A stretch of 64,000 nucleotides of DNA from Octopus vulgaris (lineage: Eukaryota): NCBI GenBank assembly GCA_951406725.2, contig OX597835.1, positions 10,292,001 through 10,356,000 of the forward strand, read 5' to 3'. Each line of letters starts with the position of its first letter. Within the stretch, counting starts at the first letter, position 1. The translations under genes were made by a program, and so were the position numbers. Positions 51,109-64,000 of this stretch are shown piece by piece. The notes under the pieces were generated by a model. That model saw nothing but the letters and a program-made list of their open reading frames with translations, was not told the origin of the DNA and ran no database searches.

Positions 51109-51574
51109 GTTCAGCAAGAGATACAGGTACGTTTATCTCACCTGGTTAGTTATGGTAAAAGAACTAAAATGATAGATGAAACTGCAAGGGATTAGAATAT
51201 GTCTTTTCTCCAAAGACAAAAAGCCTCAACTTTGAAATATTGCTTGACAGAACTTCTACCTGCCAATAAATGTCCTGGTGAGGTGGTTGTTACCATTTAG
51301 TTCCTGGTCACCCTTAATTTAACAAGATGAATACTTTGTGTTCTGGAACTTGATCCCTACATTCTCCGATATTCAACTTTTGAGATGGCTCAAAGCAGAG
51401 ACACTGATGTAATAATACTTCTCAGTAAATTCTATGATATCATCGCTCCAAAGTCACAAGTAGAAATAAAAATTTGGTTCAAAACGGGGGGAGGGGAAAC
51501 CCCATCAAAGCGATTTCCCTCGACCAGATTACTTAAAGCTTAGGGATGACAACAGACAAAGTAAACAATGGCTC

Positions 51575-51803
51575 TTAACCCTTTAGCATTTAAACCGGCC
51601 ATATCCGGCCAAAAGTATTCTGCTTGTTTTATGTTCAAAATGGCCAGGTCTGGTCTCTCACACCAACCCTACAATATCGTTTTAAAAATTAACAGCTACC
51701 TCGTCAAAATCTCAAAGCTACAAGATAATGCCTGATTAGTTCAAAGCAATGTGGATGAAGAAGCATTAATTTTGGTAGAATAATGCGAACAGTAAAGGGT
51801 TAA
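51575..51803. mobile_element. TTAA MITE, intact ends
   Basis: TTAA-CCCTTTA ... TAAAGGG-TTAA. Confidence 0.85.
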
Positions 51804-52366
51804 AGGAAAAGAATATGGTCACAATACTGAAGATAAATCTATTATTGAAGAATTTAATGAAAGAGTGTTTGTTTGTCCGTCCACCCCTTGTCGAAGAATT
51901 CATAGCTGCCATTAGCACTCCATACCATACATCACCACAAGAGAAAAAAAAAGTTCCAATGTAATTTATCTGCAGGGCTCTGCACCAATCAATTTTGCAT
52001 CGATGGTGCTAATATCGATCTATCAATAACGAAGATATTCTATCAAAGAACAATGATATTGAGAGAATCCCCTCGAGCAATGTTTTGGACCAATAACTCA
52101 GAAGGAATGTGTTTCAGAGAAACATCTGGATGGTGTAGAGGATGAGTCAATAATGCTTGGACAAGAAAAACTCCTGTAATCATAGCACAAAGACGGAGTT
52201 GAAGGATAAAATTGACAAGCAGCCAGTAGGGAAGATTGGCATTATATCCCCATGTGACCCACTCTACTCTACAAATACTTTCTATCTACACATACACACA
52301 AACACATATGAGGTACATGGGCATGGCTGAGTGTGTATACATAGTCATCAGTATTTTATTCATATA

Positions 52367-52758
52367 CTAGCAGTATCGCCCGGCATTGCTCGGGTTTGTA
52401 AGGGAAATAACTATATAAGCATTTTTAGAGATGTAAAGTATAATAGCCATCTCAATATGGCTAACCACAAAGAGGGGGGTGTTACTGTAGCTTTTTACGT
52501 TCTGAGATTTAATAATTTTAGAGAGTTACTTCCCTTATATATGCCAAAAATGCATTAAAAATGGGAAAAATTGATGGTAATTTTTTTTTTAAATCGTAGA
52601 CTCATCGTAGACACGCGCTAATACCCAGAAGGGCTCGATATGAATCACGACTATAAGATACCCGGTTTTGGTTAAACTGCACCGCAAAATGTGGGAGTAG
52701 TTAGGAATCTAAATCATAGGAGACAGACAGCACACAACCTCACTTTTATATATAAAGA
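52367..52758 (-). mobile_element. Non-autonomous Helitron (long variant)
   Basis: TC and CTAG ends in an A|T target; same family as 42815. Confidence 0.92.
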
Positions 52759-53004
52759 TATATACACACACACACATAGATATTGGTATCTTATACATAT
52801 GTATAGAAATGTATGTATGTATAGTTTTTCTTTTAATTTCCATTATATTTATATATAAATGTAATGTTTCTCACCAAATGTAATTAATGTTTTGTACTTG
52901 GAACAAAAAAACAAACCTTTGTTATCCCTGGAATGTGAATTAAATAACTCTACTCATTCTGCATAACCCGATGACCCTTTGATAAATTATCATTATTATT
53001 ATTA

Positions 53005-53715
53005 TAAAAGGCAGAAACGTTAACACACTGGGTCAAATGCTTAGCAGTATTTCATCTGTCTTTACATTCTGAGTTCAAATTCCGCCAAGGTCGACTTTGC
53101 CTTTCATCCTTTCGGCGTCAATAAATTAAGTACCAGTTGAGTACTGGGGTTGATCTAATCGACTGGCCCCCTCTCCAAAAATTTTGGGCCTTGTGCCTAG
53201 AGGAGCAAAGATTATTATTATTAGTATTATCATCATCATGATCATTAATAGTGAACTGGTGGAATTGTCAGAGCATCAGAAAATTGCTTTGCAGCATTTC
53301 TTCTGACTAATTATGTTCTGAATTCAAATTCTGCCAAGATCCATTTTACCTTTCATCCTTTCGGGGGTCAATAAAATAAAGACCAGTCAAGTAGTGCAGA
53401 CCAATGTAATCAAGTTACCCCCTCCCCTCAAAATTGCTGGCCTAGGGCCAAAGTTATTTTTGCAATTATTATAATTATTATTATTAGAAAGGCAGCGAGC
53501 TGGCAGAATCGTTAGCACTCTGGACGAAATGCTTAGCAGTATTTCGTCTGCTGCTATGTTCTGAGTTCAAATTCCACCGAGGTCAACTTTGCCTTTCATC
53601 TCTTCGGGGTCAATAAATTAAGTACCAGTTGCATACTGGTGGAGGGAGGGGTCGATCTAATCGACTGCCCCATTCCCTCAAAATTTCAGGCCTTGTGCCT
53701 ATTGTAGAAACAATA
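53005..53715 (+). mobile_element. Three older family B SINEs in series separated by (TTA)n
   Basis: Each has the ctgagttcaaattc body and the caaaatt..ggccttgtgcc tail type. Confidence 0.8.
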
Positions 53716-54674
53716 TTATTATTATTATTAGGGGAACAGACTAAATAACTAGGGATTTTTAGTTTCTTCTCACTTGGGCCAACTTGATATCCATTGTTAA
53801 TGAAATCATACCAGTTATATAATGAAGTCAAATCAATTTGTGAGAAATCTATTATCATTATTCCCAGAATACAAAGAAGACATTATATTGAACACATTCT
53901 TCAACACCAACTTCACAACTGAATAATAATAAGCACACCTACCATGTACAAACAATTGCTCCAACAAAAAAATACATATATATAAAAAAAAAAAACCCAT
54001 CACACACCCATTATTTACCTTGAAAACAGATATGAAATAGTAAATCATAGTTATAGAAAATATGTTCAAATTAGCAATCTATACAGCATACCTAATGTAT
54101 ATACACAGTTGATAGGCCAGTTCCCGCAGCATTTGTCCCAAAATGACATCTCTTACGGATGTACTGTGTTAAAAACAATAAATATCAAAGAGATGACAAT
54201 TTACTTCACAGTGGCCCACAAGAACACATAATGTGCTTCAGCCTTTTTAACAGTGTGTACCAACGGTCAGCCACATACTCATTCAAGAATTCATCATCTC
54301 TAAACGTTTAGAAGGACAAAGACTGGTTTTATAAGTCCATCTTAAGGTTAACTAAATCCAAAATAAGTTTAGCTGTATGGCAAACACAGGTATACAATGG
54401 AAAGAGGTTTATTTTTCCTCGCGAAAAATACAAAGGTTCTATAAAACTGAAACAGTGTCTGCTGTAACCTATTAACAGCCAATGTCCCATTTTTGGGACA
54501 GAGGTTTTAAATTGAACATCAACAATATTGCAAAAGACTTCCGTGGATCTTTCGTTACATATTTCATATTTACAGTATTTACACCATTTCCAATAAGCCA
54601 AGTAACAAGAGAAATACAATGAAAGAGTTCTTAGGAAGTAAGAAAAAGTAAAAATTTATAAATGCTATTCAGGA

Positions 54675-55252
54675 ATAGTTGTGTGTTTCAGGGTTCAGTC
54701 CCACTGCGTGGCACATTGGACAAGTGCTTTCTACTATAGCCTCAAGCCGACCAAAGCCTTGTAAGTGGATTTGGTAGATAGGAACTGAAAGAAACCCGTC
54801 ATATGTATATCTATGAGTGCCTGTGTGTGTGTGTGTGTGTGCGTTTGTCCCCCCCCCCCACCATCGCTTGACAACCAATACTGATGTGTTTAGGTCCCCG
54901 TCACACAGCGGTTCGGCAAAAGAGACAGATAAAATAAGTACTAGGCTTACAAAGATTAAGTCCCGAGGTCGATTTGTTCGACTAAAAGCAGTGCTCCAGC
55001 ATGGCCACAGTCAAATGACTGAAACAAGTGAAAGGATATTCAGAAATGGCTGTGTGATAAGATGCTTGTTTCCCAACCATATGGTTCAGGGTTCAGTCCC
55101 ACGGCATGGCACCTTGGGCAAGTGGATTTAATAGGTGGAAACTGAAAGAAGCTCATCATGTGTGTGTTGTAGTGTCTGTGTTTGCCCCAAACTAAAATTT
55201 TGTCATGGTGGTGCCCCAGTATGGCCACAGTCTAATGACTGGAGCAAGTAAA
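54675..55252 (+). mobile_element. Two consecutive diverged family A SINEs
   Basis: Two gggttcagtccc heads and two ccagcatggccacagtc-type tails. Confidence 0.8.
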
Positions 55253-57355
55253 AGTAGCCGAAGTGTGGCCTTAAACGGGTTAAATAAACAACAATCCTCA
55301 TATGATGGGGTTGGCTGGCTGTTACTGGCAATCAACAAATGAACAACACTGGATGTGAAGTTATTGATCCACTGATTATAGAATAGCAACAACAACAACA
55401 ACATCACTGCTGTAACTGCGTTGTAGTAAGTTAGACGATTCAAATTGGCTAAGTCTGAGTGAGGGTGGGAAAAAGAAAGCCCAAGGTTGAAACCCGCAAA
55501 CAGTGCCAAAAAGGGCATCGTGCAACAATTGTACCAATAAAAAATAATCAGACCCCTATCAACAAACTGGGTGGAAACAGGAAAGAAGACTCTCCCCGCC
55601 GCAGAAAAAAAAACAACAAAACCAAGATTGTAGATTGAAATTGATTTCTTGCAATGGAACAATGCCACAAACTTGTAAAGAACAAGTATAATCAGATGAT
55701 TGAATTAACCCTGTGTATATGACTGGTACCTCTATTATCACTTCCACATGAGATCTGAACTCAGAATGTAAACAGGAAGAAGACATACCCTGATGAATTT
55801 GGTAGGGGTCATTAGTTAACCACATCTACGTCTCAAGGGTTTTCGTTAAATCTAACCCTTTAACATTCAGGTAACTCTGCCCCAAATGAAATGCTTATTT
55901 ATTCACATTATTTTGAATTAATCACGCTTTATCTTAGTGGTTTGAGATTCCAATGATGTGACTGCTTATTTTTAGAATGACATTGTAGGGCAAGTGTGAG
56001 AGGCTGGATCTAGTCAGTTTGAACATAAAACAGAATATTTGGGCCCAATATGGCTGGTTTGAATACTAAAAGGTAAATGCCTTTGATCACTGATACAGGG
56101 CCACGGTTAGTTTACATTTTACTGTGGAGGGAAGGGTGCAATCCAATTGATCCCTAGTGCTTAACTGATAGCTTATTCTATTGACCCAGATTGGGCAAGA
56201 GGTGAAGATGACCTCAGCCATTACTAAATATACTCTTACAACTCTGCCAAACCCTCATCGCTGACAGTAAAGCCTTCATGGGAGTGTATATACAATATAT
56301 ATACAACAGTCCAGACCTGCTATATTATAAAAAGCAAAGAGACAGGAGGTAAACCAGACACCTACAGGTCTATTGTGAGCTCCAGCTAGTAGTAGTAGTA
56401 GGTGGTGGTTGCGGTGGTGGTAGTAGTAGGTGGTGGTGGCAGCGGTAACAACAACAAACACATTGACAGTCAAAACTTACAAAGCTAAGAAGCATTAACT
56501 TCAGAAATATCAAATATCTGGAAATGCCATTCCCTAGCAAAATATACCTTTCATTAAATAAACAGCTGGACCCCATTTTTACTGCTGAATTATCATCATC
56601 ATCAATCACAGATTTCACTTGTCTCTAAGTCTGCTGGCCTGACCTAACAACCCAACACACCCCAACTCTTGCATCTACCATTTACCATATCCTCTACAAT
56701 TCCAACACCTTTACCATTCCCTCCTGCACCTTTTGAATCCAGTCTTCAGCTCAATGACAATATCCAGCATATTCTATTCAGCTATGCATTCCACACATAT
56801 CTATCGAACTAGTTCATTGAACAAGGCTCTCCACGAACTCTGCTAACATTTACAGATACCGAAAGAAGCCCAAGATATAATTCACTTATTTCTAGTTTGA
56901 CTCATTCGCACAAACAGGTTCCACTCCTACTTCACACAGCAGGAAAAAGAAAAATCTGTCTATAACTAATCTCACAAAAAAATATTGAAAAAATGACCCA
57001 GAAAACTACAAGGAAATGAATGTTAGACACTAAACAAAATGTGTTTCAATATTAAAACAAAACAGGAGACAGGTTGGCAGAATTAGTTAGCACACATGGG
57101 AAAATGCTTAGTAGTATTTTGTCCATCTTTATGTTCCAAGTTCAAATTCCACCAAGGTAGACTTTACTTTTCATCCTTTTAGGTCAATAAAATAAGTACC
57201 AGTTGAATACTGGGGTTCAAGTAATCAACTTAGCACCTCCCCCAAAATAGCTGGCCTTGAGCCAAAATTTGAAACTGCTATAAAAAACAGAACACTAATT
57301 CTAGGGAGACATACAGCACGTGTATAACAGGAACAACAGTCAGCTTTATATTACA

Positions 57356-57751
57356 CTAGCAGTATCCTCCGGCGTTGCTCGGGTTTGTAAGGGAAATAAC
57401 TATATAAGCATTTTTAGAGATGTAAAGTATAATAGCTATCTCAATATGGCTAACCACAAAGGGGGGTGTTACTGTAGCTTTTTACGTTCTGAGATTTAAT
57501 AATACATTTTTAGAGAGTTACTTCCCTTATATAAACCGAACGAAAATGCATTAAAAATGCGGAAAAATTATGGTAAATTTTTTTTTAAATCGTAGACTCA
57601 TCATAGACGCGCGCTAGTACCCAGAAGGGCTCGATATGAATCATGACTATAAGATACTAGCTTTTGGTTAAACTGCACCGCAAAATGTGGGAGTAGTTAG
57701 GAATCTAAATCGGTGGAGACAGACACACAACTACATTTTTATATATAAAGA
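57356..57751 (-). mobile_element. Non-autonomous Helitron (long variant)
   Basis: TC and CTAG ends in an A|T target; 3' hairpin present. Confidence 0.92.
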
Positions 57752-57999
57752 TTTCTCGATACTAACCAAGAATATAGACTAATGGACAACTCATATGGCA
57801 CTAACACCAATTTTGTTTGTTTTTTGCAAGTAGAAATGGTAGATACATAACCAGAGGTGAAGATAAGAATTTTATCTAAATTAATCTAGAACTAAACAAC
57901 AGGAGTTCATTCTTATATGTTTAATGCATAGATAGCTGTGAAGAACACAGAAAATGAATGGTGTGTATGTGTGCGTGTATACACATACATACATGTGAA

Positions 58000-58280
58000 G
58001 GTGTGTGGCCGAGTGGCAAGTGAGTTGCACTCATGATTGTAAGGTCACGGGTTCAATTCGCAGGCTGGGCGTTGGAGCAAATCACTTCATGTCGTTTCAG
58101 TCTGCTCGGCTGCAAATGAGTAACCCTGCAATGGAACAGCCATCCAATCAGGATAAGTGTTGGTCTTCTCGCCTAGCCAGCAGTGTGGCATCATTCGAAA
58201 GCTAAAATGATGCAAAGCACATTGTGACCAGTGATGTATTACAACATCCGATAGTCTGGTCGATTATGAGATCGCATGAT
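58000..58280 (+). mobile_element. Old tRNA-derived SINE sharing tail type 2 with 12471
   Basis: Head gtggccgagtgg...gggttcaattc. Tail cattgtgaccagtgatgt...acatccgatagtctggtcg matches 12723-12765. Confidence 0.7.
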
Positions 58281-58398
58281 ATATACATACATACACACAC
58301 ACACACTCACACATGGGTGAACAATTGAAAGAAACTGGCATTCAACACACTTGGTAGAAGTTTCATCCATCAGCCATCAATATATACATACACACAAA

Positions 58399-58626
58399 GG
58401 CGGCGAGCTGGCAGAACCGTCAGCACGCCAGTCGAAATGCGTAGCCATAATTTGTCTGCCATTACGTTCTGAGTTCAAATTCCGCCGAGGTCGACTTTGC
58501 TTTTCATCCTTTCGGGGTCGATAAATTAAGTACCAGCTAAGCACTGGGGTCGATGTAATCGACTTAATTCGTTTGTCTGTCCTTGTTTGTCCCCTCTATG
58601 TTTAGCCCCTCATGGGTAACAAAGAC
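58399..58626 (+). mobile_element. Family B SINE, full length
   Basis: ggcggcgagctggcagaaccg...gcccctcatgggtaacaaag. Confidence 0.9.
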
Positions 58627-58648
58627 ACAAATACACATACACACACAC

Positions 58649-58870
58649 ACGAAGTGGTGCTGAAAAGTTCCTGGCCTTAAAGGGTGTAGCAAAAGGCCTG
58701 GTTGGGGGCACAACCTTCCGAGTTCATTTACAGACCCCAGAAAAACTTAAGGACCATTGCGATAAGTAGGTGAATCTGAGAGAAGGATATGTTTAATGAA
58801 ATCATAATTAACTGATCCTCGTGTATTTTCTTTTATCCAAAGCCAGGAGCTCTTCAGCACACCCTTCTGT
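58649..58870 (+). mobile_element. mariner-derived MITE
   Basis: TIRs acgaagtggtgctgaaaagttcctggc / gccaggagctcttcagcacacccttctgt. Internal LKDHCDK*VNLREGYV* resembles the mariner C-terminal L..RW.KCV...G.YVE*. Confidence 0.7.
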
Positions 58871-59042
58871 ACATACACACACACATATATTTATCTATGA
58901 CATAATGTTATAGGGTGGGGGCAATATTTTCCCAGCCAAATACTGCAGCTACTGGCTTTTTTTCTGCAATCTACATACGATATGTATGTCATGTCATATA
59001 GATAAAAGATTTCAACTAAGAGCTACTTCTCTTGCTAAATCT

Positions 59043-59078
<36 letters not shown>

Positions 59079-59148
59079 TGACACATATATATTTATACAT
59101 GTTCATACATACAAATATATTCATTATATCATATTATATAACATACCA

Positions 59149-59222
<74 letters not shown>

Positions 59223-59984
59223 TGAACAACAGTGAACATTATAAATTAAGTCAGGTGATCAGTTAGGGATTGGTGACTGAGTATCTAACAATGTATGCTA
59301 CCTACTTAACTGTCTACACACACACACACACGCACAACTCAAGGTAGCAGTAGTCAGTGACTGACATCGACCACACACACACACACACACACGCCTGCAA
59401 TAACAGACTTGTACATACACGAATTATTCGCCATTCAAAGTTGCCGTTTAACACCAAGTCAGTCACGACTGAACAGACCTATGATCAAAGGTATTCCAGC
59501 TACGACCATCCAGTCCTTTACCAACGTGCAAGACACTTAGAACCACATAATCCAACATGTTGTTTGCTAAGAAGGCAGAGTGTGATTTGAAGGAGATTTA
59601 GCTACTACTTCTAACAGGTCAAACAACCATGTACAGACTTCCTCATTGGCTCCTTCTAAAGTTTGTACTCCAGTAAGCTTCAAATACAACAATGTGGAAT
59701 GGTGAAGACTTGTTTGTCTTATAGAATGTCTGGGCCATGTGGCATCTCTCTAGAATATTCTAATGATATCCATGTATGTTTACCTAACCTGGTTTACATT
59801 TTGTACACATTATGCATCATCATCATTTTTGCATAGATCAGACAGAGTTTACAGAAGAGAGGCTTCCTATGGCTGGATGTCCTTCCTGTCACCAACCCTC
59901 AACCGAAAAGTGATATTTCTCCGTGGCCAGGCAGGTTTCCAGAGAATATTTGAAAGGGAAAATATTTGTTTACAACAGTTGTGA

Positions 59985-60300
59985 TACCTGTGCCGGTGGC
60001 ACATAAAAAGCACCGTCCGAACGTGGCCGATGCCAGCGCCGCCTTGACTGGCTTCTGTGCCGGTGGCATGTAAAAAGCACCAACCAATCGTGGCCAATGC
60101 CAGCCTCCCCTGGCACCTGTGCCAGTGGCACGTAAAAAGCATCCACTACACTCACGGAGTGGTTGGTGTTAGGAAGGGCATCCAGCTGTAGAAACACTGC
60201 CAGATCAGACTGGAGCCTGGTGTAGTCTCCTGGCTTCCCAGACCCCGGTCGAACAGTCCAACCCATGCTACCATGGAAAACGGACGTTAAACGATGATGA
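59985..60300 (+). mobile_element. Retroposon family D with three internal units
   Basis: gtggcac(a/g)taaaaagca-type unit x3, then the D core and acgatgatga tail. Confidence 0.88.
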
Positions 60301-60728
60301 ATCACATGATGTCAAGACAAAGAGACACGAACATACACACATACTGTGTGTTTGTTTGTAGATAGATACAAACAGACAGAGAGAGAGATAGACAGTCAGA
60401 GGTAGAGAGATAGAGAGAGAGACAGATAGACAGATAGACAAACAGACATCTAGATAGATATCATCATTTAACAGCCATGTTCCATGTTACTATGGGTCAG
60501 ATGGAGATTTTGAATATATACTTGTGTGTGTGCATGCGTGCACATAAATACATATACAATGGGCTTCTTCTTTCAGTTTCTGTCTACCAAATCCACTTGT
60601 AAGGTTTTGGTAAGTTCAAGGCTATAGCAGAATACACTTGCCCAAAGTGCCATGCAGTGGGACTGAACCTGAAACCATGTGTTTGGGAAGCAAATGTCCA
60701 AACCAGACAGCCACTCCTACAACATGTA

Positions 60729-61074
60729 TAGGGGTAAAGACCCCCTTCGGTCATGAATGACCATGGGATTGCACCTAGAAAGTTACCCTCCTAGACACAA
60801 GTCCGGGCAAGGTTGTTTTATGGAAGACCAGCAGTCGCCCATGCATACCAGCCTCCCTCTCCACGCCACCAGTGTTATCCAAGGGAAAAGCAAAGAGGTC
60901 GATACAGCTTGGCACCTGTGACGTCGCAACTCATTTCTACAGCTGAGTGAACTGGAGCAACGTGAAAAATAAAGTGCTTTGCTCAAGAACACAACACGCA
61001 GCCCGGACCGGGATTCGAGCTCACAACCTCACGATCGTAAGCTCGACGCTCTAACCACTAAGCCATGCTCCTTC
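60729..61074 (-). mobile_element. tRNA-derived SINE family E with CORE-like central domain
   Basis: Head gcatggcttagtggttagagcg...gagctcgaatccc, then tgttgtgttcttgagcaaagcacttt...cactcagctgtagaaatgag. 7-bp TSD acatgta. Confidence 0.8.
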
Positions 61075-61205
61075 ACATGTACTCTGTACAAATATGCATA
61101 TACAATATACACAATATGCATTATGTACATTGTGCAACTGTACAGGACTGCACCAGGATTTAAACATGACAATAGGTGCATAAAAGCTATTTTCAACAAT
61201 AACAA

Positions 61206-61460
61206 TTATTACTTCCACCTTAGCGAAGGTGGAGGTATTGTTTGCAGTGGTATTTGTTTGTCTGTCCGTGGGCAAGGTATCTCAAGAACCGCTGGATGGA
61301 TTCGGATGAAACTTTCAGGGATGTTTGGCCCCCTGACTGGCACGAACTGATTAGATTTGGGGATCAATCTGGTACCGGACAAGAATTCTGGATTATCTTC
61401 CCTGACTTTTCACTTTTGGTGTTGCCTTGGCAGAGGTTTGTGCTTTCGGAGTGCTCTCAT
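61206..61460 (+). mobile_element. Helentron-like non-autonomous element (second copy)
   Basis: ttattacttccaccttagcgaaggtggaggt...gtttgtctgtcc...ggcagaggtttgtgctttcggagtgc. Homologous to 17236. Confidence 0.6.
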
Positions 61461-61472
61461 TATTATTATTAT

Positions 61473-61722
61473 TGCACCTGCGTGGCACATAAAAAACACC
61501 ATCCGAGCGTGGCCGTTCGCCAGCCTCGTCTGGCACCTGTGTCGGTGGCACATAAAAAGCACCCACTACACTCACGGAGTGGTTGGCGTTAGGAAGGGCA
61601 TCCAGCTGTAGAAACACTGCCATATCTGACTGGGCTTGGTGCAGCTTTCAGGCTTCCCAGACCCCAGTTGAACCGTCCAACCCATCATAGCATGGAAAAC
61701 GGACATTAAACGATGATGATGA
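61473..61722 (+). mobile_element. Retroposon family D
   Basis: Two internal units, the D core and a (GAT)n tail. Confidence 0.88.
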
Positions 61723-62376
61723 TTATTATTATTACTTGGAATAAAGAGAAGTGGTGTGACACAGGCTAAATGCTTTGTAGTTCCTATGACGAGTTCAATT
61801 CACAAGCGAATCAGCTTTTCCTTAGTCACCCACCTGGGTTGATAGAAGTAGCAGAGATCCAGCAGAGTAGAGTAGATAATAAATTTTCATTTATTATAAT
61901 CATTATTATTACAGTCAACTTTAGCCTTTGCCTTTTCGGAGTCAATAAATTAAGTACCAGTCAAATACTGGGGTTGATGTGATTAATTATCCCCCTCCAC
62001 ACAAATTCCTGAATTCCTGGCCTTGTGCCTATATTAGAAAGAATTATTATTATTATTATAATTATTGAGATCAACTTTGTCTTTCTTCCCTCTGGGTTCT
62101 ATAAAATAAAGTACCAGTTATATTTAACCCACATATCTTAATCAATTGACATTGCCTTTTCTATGCTGACATGGGGCAAACAGTTTGACAGGAGTTGACG
62201 TGCCAGAGGGCTTTGGCAAGCTCCAATATCTACTACTTTGGCATGGTTTCCACAGCTTGATGCCCTTCCTAATGCCAACCACTTTACAGAGTGTACTGGG
62301 TGAACTTTTTTTGTCATTGAGTACTCACAAGACAAGACACCTTCCCTCAACTGAGCAGAGTGTAGTATTGAGGGAT

Positions 62377-62732
62377 ACTCTTTACTCTTTTACTTGTTTC
62401 CGTCATTTAACTGTGGCCATGCTAGAGCACCGCCTTTAGTCGAGCAAATCAACCCCAGGACTTATTCAATCAGTCTCTTTTGCCGAACCGCTAAGTGACG
62501 GGGATGCAAACACACCAGCATTGGTTGTCAAGCGATGTTGGGGGGGGACAAACACACATACATACATATATGACAGGCTTCTTTCAGTTTCCGTCTACCA
62601 AATCCACTCACAAGGCTTTGGTCGACCTGAGGCTATATAGAAGACACTTGCCCAATGTGCCACGCAGAGGGACTGAACCCGGAACCATGTGGTTGGTAAG
62701 CAAGCTACTTACCACACAGCCATTCCTATGCC
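62377..62732 (-). mobile_element. SINE family A
   Basis: Family head and tail present. Confidence 0.88.
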
Positions 62733-63239
62733 TGGGTATTAAAGTATTAGAGAGGGACACTCACACACAGAACACAATCCATTCATTCCTCTCCACATTA
62801 TCCAGCAAGAGAAATCTGATCAAAAACTCTATGTTGTAACATAGATTTTGGTAGAGTCATGTTTGTTGTTTTACCAGTTAAACACATGCACTGTTTGTAA
62901 CTTACCCACTTCCATACTCAGTTCTCTTCCTGTCTCATTGACACACTTTGCACTCACTCCACATTCCCATACAGAGTCAGGACATTTCTGGCCCCCTCTC
63001 ACACACACATATACAATCTCACATAAAAAGCACACGCACACACACTATATATGTCATCAAATGTATTACAGATAGATTAATCAACCAGCAATAATTAATG
63101 TAATATTATGAAATGCATTTTTGATGCAACAAATTTTATATATACACACACACACAATTATATTTGTGTGTGTATATACTATATAGAGAGGTCCTGCAGT
63201 CAGTTGTCACAACTAGGACTCTGGATGACTTTGGCATAA

Positions 63240-63630
63240 CTCAATACGCTTCCTCCATACTGGTTCGTTTCTTTCACTTGAGTTTGCCATAAAAAATTCC
63301 ATAACCACTTCATATTCCTGTTTGCAATATCTTTGTATTTCAATCTAGGTCTTCCAGGGTTTCTTTTCCCTTTGCAAAGTTGGGAGTAAAGAAATTGACT
63401 GGAGAGCCTGCTGCCTGTCCATTCTGTGTACGCGTCCCATCCCAACCGACATAAATTTCTGTCAATGAGGATTTTTATCACAGGAAGCAGACCAGCAGAC
63501 TGTAGGATCACTTCATTCCAGATCTTATCAAACAGATATTCATAATTTGTTGCAGCTGCCTCATCAAATATGCATCTTCTAACTCGTTAACTTCAGCTTT
63601 ATAGACTGTCCAGGTTTCAGCTCCATACAT
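63240..63630 (-). pseudogene. RTE-clade LINE remnant (post-RT region)
   Basis: YGAETWTVYK...MRQLQQIMNI and RLSSQFLYSQLCKGKRNPGRPRLKYKD match the RTE YG.ETW and RLPK..LY.EL..GKR..GRP..RYKD motifs. Confidence 0.8.
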
Positions 63631-63925
63631 ACATACATGTTGAGTATAGTCAAATTGTTATTAAAACTATATGCCACTCCTAGTAAATGTATTGAATGCT
63701 ACTTTCTTCTGTTTGTTCACTGACTGTGTGTGTGTGTGTATCCTTGCCTAGTTCTCATTCCCCAATCTTATCTTCACACTCATCCCTCTGTACCATTACT
63801 CTCCAGTAGCCCCTCCAGCTCTATATATATCCAGGTCTTTTGCCACTTACTCGCACCCCCTTCGCAATATCCTGTCACTTATATTATGGCATTTGAACCT
63901 CAAGGTTATGCCCTGGCACTTGCCA

Positions 63926-63960
<35 letters not shown>

Positions 63961-64000
63961 TTTACTCAACCACCTCATTTATACTCTGATCCCCATTCCT

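Noticed and set aside
55192-55668. 158-aa minus-strand ORF considered as SCAMP exon 1
   Set aside because: No N-terminal NPF repeats ending at a phase-0 donor, and it ends inside a SINE.

Overview
Eukaryotic, AT-rich, repeat-dense DNA. The SINE, MITE and Helitron repertoire looks like an octopod (Octopus) genome; this is recognition from memory, not a database result. Three short minus-strand exons (26517-26603, 12007-12159, 157-223) splice in frame at GT-AG sites. They give the N-terminal NPF / Pro-rich / coiled-coil region of a secretory carrier membrane protein (SCAMP, SCAMP1-like). The ATG exon was not found and the transmembrane exons lie beyond position 1, so most or all of the window is probably SCAMP intron. 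The rest is several tRNA-derived SINE families, non-autonomous Helitrons and Helentron-like elements, TTAA/hAT/mariner MITEs, decayed CR1, RTE, RLE-type and Penelope-like fragments, and micro/minisatellites. The other ORFs in the track are repeat artefacts or retroelement remnants. The best lead is a complete minimal type I hammerhead-ribozyme fold on the SCAMP-sense strand (6463-6511), with a compensatory G3-C8 core and palindromic helix III, sitting at the tip of a ~90-bp foldback; a U3-A8 relative lies near 1.3 kb. Other leads are a SINE that forms multimers and truncates at one recurrent point next to its anticodon-like loop, a candidate 64-nt poison exon, and a CpG-rich candidate internal promoter. 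Repeat boundaries lacking TSDs or TIRs are approximate.
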